Shown: positions 20,627 to 28,169 of the stretch, in pieces
How positions within the stretch are numbered: position 1 is the first letter of the stretch
How the letters are laid out: each line of letters opens with the position of its first letter
The notes under the pieces: model-generated
The model's database searches: none
Told to the model about the DNA's origin: nothing
What the model saw: the letters and a program-made list of their open reading frames with translations, nothing else
Position numbers and translations under genes: made by a program
Source of the DNA: an uncultured Candidatus Cloacimonadota bacterium
GTDB lineage: Bacteria; Cloacimonadota; Cloacimonadia; Cloacimonadales; TCS61
DNA: 64,000 bases
Direction: 5' to 3'
Assembly (NCBI GenBank): GCA_964604155.1
Contig: CAZRXY010000105.1
Location: 3,123-67,122 of the forward strand

Positions 20627-20666
20627 TGTCAATTTATATAACAAGCTGGCATACTCCCGGAATTTA
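20627..20666 (-). promoter_or_regulatory. TTGACA box (20627-20632) plus conserved upstream motif TAAATTCCGGGAGTATGCCAG (20646-20666) in front of the flippase operon
   Basis: One of four copies of the motif; see also 30926-30966, 47161-47201 and 39159-39201. Confidence 0.45.
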
Positions 20667-20680
20667 TTTGTTTGTTTGGG

Positions 20681-20740
20681 ATATTGAACTTATGAAGTTA
20701 TTGGTCGTCACCATTGCGAAGGTCGGGCGACCATTCGCAA
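20681..20740. repeat. 42-bp repeat (20681-20722, 41/42 identical to 30982-31023) running into the palindrome TTGCGAAGGTC-GGGC-GACCATTCGCAA (20714-20740)
   Basis: Direct comparison of the two regions by eye. Confidence 0.8.
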
Positions 20741-20884
20741 GTGTGGCAGATTCAGGTTTAAGCTATATATATTAATAATATACGGCGTCACTTTTGTGCC
20801 ACTCTATGTTTGATTAGTGTAACATGATAATTTTGTGTGTTTTATGTGTAGCAATTAGGTGGGAGAGGGAACGAATTTATTTTT

Positions 20885-20916
20885 GCCACGGATTTCACGG
20901 TTTTTACACGGATTCA
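20885..20916 (+). repeat. Three direct CACGG(A/T)TT units: GCCACGGATTTCACGGTTTTTACACGGATTCA
   Basis: CACGG at 20887, 20896 and 20907. An inverted copy, AATCCGTGGC, lies at 21014-21023. Confidence 0.6.
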
Positions 20917-20936
20917 ATTAAAAAATATTCATCGTC

Positions 20937-20991
20937 GGGGGTTAAAACCCCATTTTTTCTAGTTTTGGTATCCACGAGTTGAAACTCGTGG
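20937..20991. repeat. Hairpin pair: GGGGGTTAAAACCCC and CCACGAGTT-GA-AACTCGTGG
   Basis: Perfect palindromes at 20937-20951 and 20972-20991. Confidence 0.75.
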
Positions 20992-21060
20992 CTATGCATA
21001 TATAACAGGTTGTAATCCGTGGCTTTCATAATATAATAGAACTCTTGGCTATGCATTATG
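20983..21060 (+). repeat. Three degenerate tandem ~26-31-bp units ending in (C/T)(G/T)TGGCT(A/T)T(G/C)CAT
   Basis: AACTCGTGGCTATGCATATATAACAGGTTGT / AATCCGTGGCTTTCATAATATAATAG / AACTCTTGGCTATGCATTATG. Two similar units occur at 31414-31450. Confidence 0.55.
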
Positions 21061-21121
21061 GACTGTCTCCTATCACTGAAAAGTGTACCAGATAGATGTA
21101 GTTTCTTGTTTTGCAGTGAAT

Positions 21122-21191
21122 AGCCCTGAGCTTTAGCTCGGGGTTTTTATGCACTCTCTCAGTCGGGATTTATCCCAGGGTTATTTTTGAT
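21122..21191 (+). repeat. ~70-bp interspersed element, copy 1. It starts with the terminator-like hairpin AGCCCTGAGCT-TT-AGCTCGGGGTTTTT and ends with GGGATTTATCCCAGGG
   Basis: Aligns by eye with 31292-31362 and 34064-34127. All three copies are in the same orientation. Confidence 0.7.
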
Positions 21192-21297
21192 TAATGGAAG
21201 TCAGGTCGGTGGTTGAGGGGATAATTTGTTGGGATGTGATGCGGATCGAAGGGTTTTCAATTTTATTTCTTCTGCTTCAGGGGCAGGGGGTAATAAG

Positions 21298-23052
21298 TTA
21301 TTCTATGGCATAGATGAAGAAGCGGTAGTAATTGAAGGGGTTTTTTTCTCGGTAAACTTCTTTTAGTCCTTTTTCTGAGGCGTTAACAATTTTTGCGGTA
21401 GAGAAGAGATAATCAATTTTGAGCTCTTTGAGCAAAGTTGTATTCAGGTCACAGGTAATGGACTTGAATTTTCTTTTCAAGTATTCCTGGTCAAGCATTT
21501 CAATGAATATTTCGTCATCGAAGAGGTATAATTGGGAGCCCCATTTATTCATATAGATTTTCAGTCTGGGGTTTTTATTCATTTCATTTTCGAGAATATT
21601 CAGGAAGGTTTGCTTGAGATGGAGAGGGTAGATGGGGCAATAGGCGCCCAGGGTTTTGTATCCGTTAAAATTTGCTACAGCGGGTTGGAATCCCACGCAG
21701 CCTATGCGAGTATCTTCTTTGGAAAATCCTGGTTCGTTTTCACTGAGGAAATTAGTGATATCATCGAACTGTTTTTTTGATACTACCTGATAGTATGTGG
21801 GTTTTTCTGTCCAGGTTTTATAGCTTGAATTGCAGTAGTTGATAGTGATTTGAGCGAATAAAACAATTAAGGCAATGCTTAGAATAGTTTTTTTGCCGTG
21901 GTATTTACTGTAAAAGAATGTGATAGCAATGGCGGTGAGTAAATACCAGACTGGAGGGTTCAAGAAGAATAAGCGGGAGTAATCAAAGCCGAATTTCAGA
22001 TTCGTGTAGAATTCGTTAACCGGTTCGAAGCGGTAAATAGAGAACATCAGAGCACTGAGAATGATGAAAGCAATCAATTGGATCGACAATTTGCGCAAGA
22101 AGAAAGAGCGGTTACGAAAGATAAGGGCAGCGGATATGACACTTACAGGCAGCAAAAGGTATTGATGATAAGATGGAGCATGCCTGTGAGAAGTGACAAA
22201 ATAGTTAAGGAACAGATCATTCCAGGCATCCGCCAGATTTTTTGACAATAACTGAATTTCTGATCTATTTGTGGGTATTTTGTAAACGAAGTTGATCAGA
22301 AAGAAAGAATAATTAGTGAGGACATAAATCACTGTCATCAGGATAATAGGTGGAATTAATCTTTTATATTTTAATTTGCTGATCATCCTGACCAGGATCA
22401 GAAGACCGAGAATAGCCATCACAAAAATTCCGGTAAGGAAGAACCCTGAATAAGTGATATAAATCAGCAGGAAGAGATATGAGAGAAAGACCTGCTTTTT
22501 ATGGAAAATATTTAGAAGAATCACAGTTAGCAGAGGCAAACCTGAGACAGATAAACCGCCCTGCTGCCAGAATGGGAGGTAGATATATGCAATTGAGATC
22601 AGAGCTGGAAACAAGCGTGGTAACCCTTTCATAATATAGAGTTTTAGCAGCAGGTAGAAACCGATAAAAGCCAGCAACCTATAGAAGAATTCATTTAGCA
22701 CATATCCCCTGAAAAACCCCAGTAGCCAGAAAATTTTGGGCAGAGAAGGGACAGCGAGTCTGAAAACCGGCTCCATCCCGGGCAGATAGAATTCCTCCAT
22801 ATTATCATTAAGGAAAAAATGCCCTTGGAACTTGCCATCGAAATGACCCAGATAGCTCATTTGATCGAGGTTATCGAATTGAGGAATAGAAACATTTTCA
22901 CCCTTGATGAAATAGGGCAGGAAATAGAAAATGAATAATGATATTATCAGCGTGAGGACAATTTTTGGATTATCGAGTAGTTTCCAGAATGCAGTTCCAG
23001 AAAACTCTTCACAGCTATTTTCGGCAATAATTTTGTTCTTTTTTTTGCTCAT
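21298..23052 (-). CDS. Large polytopic membrane protein of the glycan operon, possibly DUF6044-like; candidate periplasmic glycosyl/acyl-sugar transferase or polymerase
   Basis: 584 aa with more than 10 TM helices plus a soluble C-terminal domain. The N-terminal GENVSIPQFDNLDQ motif is reminiscent of DUF6044. Its start overlaps the stop codon of the upstream aminotransferase gene by 1 nt at 23052. Confidence 0.5.
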   Translation of the reverse strand: MSKKKNKIIAENSCEEFSGTAFWKLLDNPKIVLTLIISLFIFYFLPYFIKGENVSIPQFDNLDQMSYLGHFDGKFQGHFFLNDNMEEFYLPGMEPVFRLAVPSLPKIFWLLGFFRGYVLNEFFYRLLAFIGFYLLLKLYIMKGLPRLFPALISIAYIYLPFWQQGGLSVSGLPLLTVILLNIFHKKQVFLSYLFLLIYITYSGFFLTGIFVMAILGLLILVRMISKLKYKRLIPPIILMTVIYVLTNYSFFLINFVYKIPTNRSEIQLLSKNLADAWNDLFLNYFVTSHRHAPSYHQYLLLPVSVISAALIFRNRSFFLRKLSIQLIAFIILSALMFSIYRFEPVNEFYTNLKFGFDYSRLFFLNPPVWYLLTAIAITFFYSKYHGKKTILSIALIVLFAQITINYCNSSYKTWTEKPTYYQVVSKKQFDDITNFLSENEPGFSKEDTRIGCVGFQPAVANFNGYKTLGAYCPIYPLHLKQTFLNILENEMNKNPRLKIYMNKWGSQLYLFDDEIFIEMLDQEYLKRKFKSITCDLNTTLLKELKIDYLFSTAKIVNASEKGLKEVYREKNPFNYYRFFIYAIE

Positions 23053-24182
23053 TACTTTTTTTCTGATATAAAGGCTTTAGTCAGTTCGGCACAGCATTTT
23101 TCGACATCATCGGAACTTAAGTTATAATGCATTGGTAATCTTAAGATAGTATCAGCCACCATTTCTGCAACCGGGAGCTTCAGGTTCTCATATAGTCTAT
23201 TCCAATAGGGAGCTTTATGCAGTGGCAGGTAATGGAAAGCAGATTGAATATCCATCTGGTGCAATTTATTGATAATATTTTTGCGGTGCGTTTCGCTTTC
23301 CGTTAATATGGAAAAGCAGTGACCGTTTGGTTGGCAGCTTTTTTCAACAACAGGGAGAGACCGTTTTGGCAGGTTCTCTTTAAGTTTTTTGATATAGCAA
23401 TAAAAAAGTTTTTGCCGTTTAAGATTAACATTTTTCAATTCCAGAAGCTGGGCATAAAGAAATGCAGCCTGTAATTCACTTAGATAATAATTTGAACCAT
23501 TTTTCCACCACGACCAGTAATCAATTTTCCCATCGTTAAAATCTTTTCTATCTGTGCCACGGTCTCTAATCTTTTGTGCTCTTTCCATGAAATGCGGTGA
23601 ATTAATGATAAGAGCACCACCTTCGCCACAATGGATATTTTTTGTTTGATGAAAACTGGTGATTGCCAGGTCTCCAAAAGAGCCTAATGGCAGATCACGA
23701 TAATAAGCTGCAATACCATGGGCATTATCTTCGATCAGGATTAATGAGTGTTTTCTGCATATTTCTTTGATCACGGCGATATTATCTGAGATTCCGGCAT
23801 AATTGACAGTAACAACCGCTTTTGATTTTGGGGAGATGAGTTTTTCCAGTTTATGTTCATCCAAATTCCTGGTTGATGCTTTGATATCGCACCAGATTAG
23901 CCTTGCTTTTTGTCGTGCAAATGCGGAGGCAGTTCCTACGTGGGCAAAAGGTGGGAGTATTATTTCATCGCCCGGATTGATATCCAGCAATTCTGAAGCA
24001 ATACAAAGAGCTGAGCTGCCCGAAGAAGTTAACAGGACTTTTTTTGCCTGGAATAAATCAGCAAGGGTCTTTTCGCACTTTTGGGAAAATACTCCATCTC
24101 CACAGAAATAACCATTTTTGAATACCTGATCAAGGAATATTTTTTCTGTGCCGAGTAAAAGAGGTTCATTGAAAATAATCAT
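23052..24182 (-). CDS. DegT/DnrJ/EryC1 (WecE-like) PLP-dependent sugar aminotransferase
   Basis: TSSGSSAL...DNAHG...SFHQTKNIHCGEGGALI, including the PLP lysine motif. Confidence 0.9.
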   Translation of the reverse strand: MIIFNEPLLLGTEKIFLDQVFKNGYFCGDGVFSQKCEKTLADLFQAKKVLLTSSGSSALCIASELLDINPGDEIILPPFAHVGTASAFARQKARLIWCDIKASTRNLDEHKLEKLISPKSKAVVTVNYAGISDNIAVIKEICRKHSLILIEDNAHGIAAYYRDLPLGSFGDLAITSFHQTKNIHCGEGGALIINSPHFMERAQKIRDRGTDRKDFNDGKIDYWSWWKNGSNYYLSELQAAFLYAQLLELKNVNLKRQKLFYCYIKKLKENLPKRSLPVVEKSCQPNGHCFSILTESETHRKNIINKLHQMDIQSAFHYLPLHKAPYWNRLYENLKLPVAEMVADTILRLPMHYNLSSDDVEKCCAELTKAFISEKK

Positions 24183-24865
24183 GACAGGTTTCCCCAGATA
24201 AAATTACCGCTCTTATTTCCGTGGTGAAACAGCAGATCGAGTGCAGAAAGTCGGGGTAAGAATTTTCCCCAGACCTGATCATATCCCGGGTAGCGGGGGT
24301 AGCGGAAAAATTCGACTTTTATGCCTGCCTGCCGGTAAATCTTCTCTTGCAGATAGGCTTTGGCAGAAGGTCCTGTGATATAGGTATCTGCGCCCAGGGT
24401 TTTTACAATGTTCAGTAGGCGGTGGCTTTTTTCTGTGGATGTGGAAAACTCTCTATCGTCATAGAACAGCGTCTTTATACCCAGCAATTTGGAGATTTCC
24501 TTGATCAGAGACTGGTTAAGATCGGATAAATAGGTCCATTGATTTGAATATATCTTCTCGATTAGCGGGAAGTATTCCTCGAAACAGGGGCATTTGCTAT
24601 AGAATTGTTTCAGAGTTTTCGGATGATTATTTTTCCATCTATGATCAGCAATTACCGCTTTATTGATGGGCGTATATCTTGTGGCGTGAACAGGCACGGA
24701 GAGCCAGATTGGTCCAGTGGGGGTCTTAACAAGATTACGGTTACGCCAATCTCTTCTTGTATAATTTACAGAGTCCAGAAACACAAAGTAATCCGCTGAG
24801 CGGATAATGTGAAAATATCCTATCCAGGGCAGATAATTAGATTGGATGATTGCCACACTGCTCAT
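24179..24865 (-). CDS. WbqC family protein
   Basis: AIIQSNYLPWIGYFHIIRSADYFVFLDSVNYTRRDWRNRN is the characteristic WbqC-like N-terminus. Confidence 0.8.
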   Translation of the reverse strand: MSSVAIIQSNYLPWIGYFHIIRSADYFVFLDSVNYTRRDWRNRNLVKTPTGPIWLSVPVHATRYTPINKAVIADHRWKNNHPKTLKQFYSKCPCFEEYFPLIEKIYSNQWTYLSDLNQSLIKEISKLLGIKTLFYDDREFSTSTEKSHRLLNIVKTLGADTYITGPSAKAYLQEKIYRQAGIKVEFFRYPRYPGYDQVWGKFLPRLSALDLLFHHGNKSGNFIWGNLS

Positions 24866-25548
24866 ATAGATATTCTTAAAAATCTGGCAGGATTACCTGC
24901 CCAGATCTCTTTTTCGCCAATATTATTCAGAAGCACCGACCCCATGCCTAAAGTGGAGTATTTTTTTATTACCAGATCTTCACGTACCGTGGCATTGAGA
25001 GCAATATGAACCCCTTCTTCGAGCAGGACATGAGAACTAAGACAACTTTGAGCAGCGAGATGGCAATGAGCATTAAGCACAGTATTATGCCCTACCGAAG
25101 AATTTACCATCAGAAGGCAGCCATCGCCAATAACGGCTTCAGAAGAAACAGAGACCTGAGGCATGATAACAGTTCCGAGCCCGACTTTAGCAGAAGGAGC
25201 TACATACGCCATAGGGTGAATGAAAGTGAAGAGTGCTTCCTGAGGGATATTCAGGCTTTTAAAGATATCTATACGTTCTTTTTGTCCATCTATGCGGTAT
25301 ATGGTAAAAATAAACCTGAATCCCTGCTTCAGGAATAGCTGAACGTCTGTCAGAGAACCCAGTACCGGATATCCGGCTATCTGATCACCTTTGGCAAGTC
25401 TATCGTTCAGAAAACCGCAGACACGGGCATTAGAGCTATGCTGCAGCCGGGCATCCGTGATTGCATCGGCTATCACGCTGCCATTGCCACTGCCTCCGAT
25501 AATTATAATATTTTCATTCATACTATTATCCCTTGTATATCTCATCAA
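24862..25548 (-). CDS. NeuD/PglD-like sugar N-acyltransferase (left-handed beta-helix)
   Basis: Rossmann-like N-terminus IIIIGGSGNGSVIADAI followed by hexapeptide repeats. Confidence 0.8.
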   Translation of the reverse strand: MMRYTRDNSMNENIIIIGGSGNGSVIADAITDARLQHSSNARVCGFLNDRLAKGDQIAGYPVLGSLTDVQLFLKQGFRFIFTIYRIDGQKERIDIFKSLNIPQEALFTFIHPMAYVAPSAKVGLGTVIMPQVSVSSEAVIGDGCLLMVNSSVGHNTVLNAHCHLAAQSCLSSHVLLEEGVHIALNATVREDLVIKKYSTLGMGSVLLNNIGEKEIWAGNPARFLRISI

Positions 25549-26284
25549 TAATAAATACGGGACGAAATTGCAAGAGAAATTTTTTTCCCAGCAATTTCTG
25601 AGCCGGGATATTGTAAGGAAGAATCCGGCACAGGGCGAGACGCATCATTTTTCCGAAAGTATAACTGCTTTTTAGTTTGTTTTTTTCGCGAGGTAAGGCA
25701 ATAGATTCCCAGGAATATTCTGAAGCGTGAATATAGCTAAGCACCGTTCCGGGAGATTGCAAAGCCTCATTAAGATGATCCAGGCATTTTTTTTTCATAA
25801 TTCTGAAAACACCTGAACGGCGGGGAAATCTCAATCTCGTCAATAGGGTTGTGAGAAAATAAAAAGTATCAGAAAGAAAATTACGCCATACTGATCTATT
25901 TATCTGCCGTCTGGTGGCAATAATCATATCCGTATTTACCCGCCTGATCTTCTCGTAGAGCAGGATAATATCTTCCGGTTTATCCTGCAGGTCAGAATCC
26001 ATTACAGCGATGTAATCACCTTCTGCCTTTGTGAAACCTGCTGCTATGGCATTTGACTGTCCGAAATTTTTCTTAAGCTTGATAATCGTCACTGCGGGAT
26101 ATATTTTTTGCAGCTCTCTCATCAATGGGAGTGAATCATCTGTGGAACCATCATCTATCAGAATAATCTGATACCGCTTATTAAGTGATTCCAGAGCTTT
26201 ATTTAGCCGCAGAATAAAATCTTCAAGAGAATCTGCCCCGTTGAATAGAGGAGCTACAATTGATAATTCAATATTCGATGTCAT
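25526..26284 (-). CDS. Polyprenyl-phosphate glycosyltransferase (GT2; DPM1/ArnC/GtrB type)
   Basis: LSIVAPLFNG...ILIDDGSTDDS...VMDSDLQDKPEDI, the DxDLQxxPE signature of this GT2 subgroup. Confidence 0.8.
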   Translation of the reverse strand: MTSNIELSIVAPLFNGADSLEDFILRLNKALESLNKRYQIILIDDGSTDDSLPLMRELQKIYPAVTIIKLKKNFGQSNAIAAGFTKAEGDYIAVMDSDLQDKPEDIILLYEKIRRVNTDMIIATRRQINRSVWRNFLSDTFYFLTTLLTRLRFPRRSGVFRIMKKKCLDHLNEALQSPGTVLSYIHASEYSWESIALPREKNKLKSSYTFGKMMRLALCRILPYNIPAQKLLGKKFLLQFRPVFIIDEIYKG

Positions 26285-27252
26285 TCTCGTTTTCCGGGAG
26301 GTGAGGTGTGAATAGCCAGACTGAGAATTCCTCCGATCAGAGCCGGTATCCCGGCTTGGATCAAGAAATTAAGCAGTGAAAGCGTAATCAGTGATTGAGC
26401 CGGAATACCGAACTGCTGATAGAAATAAATGAAGGCGCCTTCGCGTATGCCAAATCCGGCGACCGTAAAAGGTAAGAGCGAGATAACCTGGATAATGGGG
26501 ATCAGGCAGAAATGATTGATCATCGGCAGATTATAGCCCATAAACCTGAAAAGGCAATAGATCACAAAATAACTCATTATCTGTACGGAAAGGATAAGCA
26601 GTGCTGCGGCTGCAAGTTTTTTTTTATCTGCTTTTTTCCAGGAAAGCAGAAGCAGCCTGATAAAGCGGAGAACTCGCCGGAGAATACTATTTCCGGTCAC
26701 GGTGTCCTTTAGTTCCGGCATCAGGGCAACCAAAGATACCAGCCCCAGCATTGTTGCAAGCAATACGATCAATATCGATTGCAATTTACCCGTCTGCGGA
26801 TGACCAGGAAAGAATCCCGCTATCAAGGCAGTAGTTAGAAGGATAAGAATTCCAAAAAACTTTTCCAGCACAATAGAGCCAATAGTTTTTTCTTTGATCT
26901 CAGGATAACTATGAGCCACCAGAACCATTCTAATAAAAGCAAAGCCATCTGACGAGGGCAGCATTACTCCCCAGAAAATGGATAGGAAATTGAACTTTAT
27001 CAATTTAGATAAGCGTATTTTAACATTTACCGCTCTCAGCACAATTTGCCAGCGCCAGCCGGCAAGAAACGGAGTAAGCAGGACAGCATTGATAATACAG
27101 GGCAGCAGCCAGAGGGGCGCTTGAATATCTGATTTGAGAGTTTTTAGCGAATAGCCCCAGCGAATGATCAGATAAGATAGCAGCAATATCGTAGCTGCCA
27201 GTTGCAGTAATTTCAGGATTTTTTTTCTATCGGTCAACCGAGTATCTCCCAC
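26281..27252 (-). CDS. Flippase-like membrane protein (UPF0104 / LPG-synthase-TM domain)
   Basis: 323 aa with about 8 TM helices. It is translationally coupled to the GT2 gene by a 4-nt overlap. Confidence 0.6.
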   Translation of the reverse strand: MGDTRLTDRKKILKLLQLAATILLLSYLIIRWGYSLKTLKSDIQAPLWLLPCIINAVLLTPFLAGWRWQIVLRAVNVKIRLSKLIKFNFLSIFWGVMLPSSDGFAFIRMVLVAHSYPEIKEKTIGSIVLEKFFGILILLTTALIAGFFPGHPQTGKLQSILIVLLATMLGLVSLVALMPELKDTVTGNSILRRVLRFIRLLLLSWKKADKKKLAAAALLILSVQIMSYFVIYCLFRFMGYNLPMINHFCLIPIIQVISLLPFTVAGFGIREGAFIYFYQQFGIPAQSLITLSLLNFLIQAGIPALIGGILSLAIHTSPPGKRE

Positions 27253-28160
27253 ATCCGTTTCAAAGAGCTCAAAGATTTTTCTGCAACAGCCGGATCTAGA
27301 TTAACTTCATATCGCTCATCAAGCAGAGCTTCTTTAACCAGCTTCAGGTTTATCAGTTTCATATCTTCGCAAATCATCCGTGGGCTGAGAGGGGTCAGTT
27401 TTTTATGGGGAAAACGCTTTTTTAATTGATCATATAGACCCGTTTCTGTGCCCAGTATCAGCTTGTTATGATCTTGAGCGTATTCTATCATCTGACTGGT
27501 TGAACATACCATGTCTGCCATTTTGCAAACTTCCAGTTCGCATTCCGGATGAACCAGCAATGAATAATCGGGGAATCTGTCTTTTTGCTCTTTCGCTTCC
27601 CGATAACTTATCTGGTGGTGTACGTAGCAATAGCTGTTGAACATGATCAGTTTTCTACCGGTGCGGTATTCCACCCATTTTCCGATGTTGCTATCCGGGA
27701 TGAAAATGATCTGTTTATGATCAGGTAATGCCTGCACAATCTTCACGCAATTAGCAGAGGTGCACGTAATTGTGCTTTCAGCCCGTAATTCTGCTGCGGA
27801 ATTAACATAACAGACCACTTCTGCTGCCGGGTAGTTCCTTTTGAGTGCCCGAAGCTCCTGAACTTTATTCATATTAGCCAAGCGGCAATCTGCTGAAGGA
27901 TGTGCCATGAACACCTTTTTATCAGGATTGAGCAGTTTGGCAGATTCTCCCATGATCCTGATACTGCTCACCAGAATCCTGCCAGACTCCGAATTCGCAG
28001 CATTTAATGCCATTTGCAGGGAATCACCCACATAATCGGATATATCCTGCACATCAGTATCCACATAGTTGTGGGCAATAATATAATAGTCTTTCTCACG
28101 CTTCAAAGAGAGAATTTCTTCCTTTAGCCTGTCAACATCAATTTTATCTATTGGGTTCAT
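27234..28160 (-). CDS. Divergent quinolinate-synthase (NadA) family [4Fe-4S] protein, paralog of 52189-53094
   Basis: AHNY, GDSLQ, CYVNS, TCTS, HPEC and GTETG motifs are present, as are all three cluster Cys contexts (SADC, SYCYVHH, MICEDMK). The canonical FMAETAK reads IMGESAK. Confidence 0.8.
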   Translation of the reverse strand: MNPIDKIDVDRLKEEILSLKREKDYYIIAHNYVDTDVQDISDYVGDSLQMALNAANSESGRILVSSIRIMGESAKLLNPDKKVFMAHPSADCRLANMNKVQELRALKRNYPAAEVVCYVNSAAELRAESTITCTSANCVKIVQALPDHKQIIFIPDSNIGKWVEYRTGRKLIMFNSYCYVHHQISYREAKEQKDRFPDYSLLVHPECELEVCKMADMVCSTSQMIEYAQDHNKLILGTETGLYDQLKKRFPHKKLTPLSPRMICEDMKLINLKLVKEALLDERYEVNLDPAVAEKSLSSLKRMWEILG

Positions 28161-28169
28161 TTATTCTCC

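Noticed and set aside
20646-20662. CTGGCAT...-containing motifs as sigma-54 (-24 GG / -12 GC) promoters.
   Set aside because: Reading TGGCATACCCCCGAA, the base pair expected to be the -12 GC is GA or CG. The motif is also oriented away from the downstream gene in three of the four cases, so it does not fit TGGCAC-N5-TTGC.
20983-21060. Tandem ...TGGCTATGCAT... units as a small CRISPR array.
   Set aside because: The units are contiguous, degenerate and of unequal length (26-31 bp), with no unique spacers. No cas genes lie nearby.
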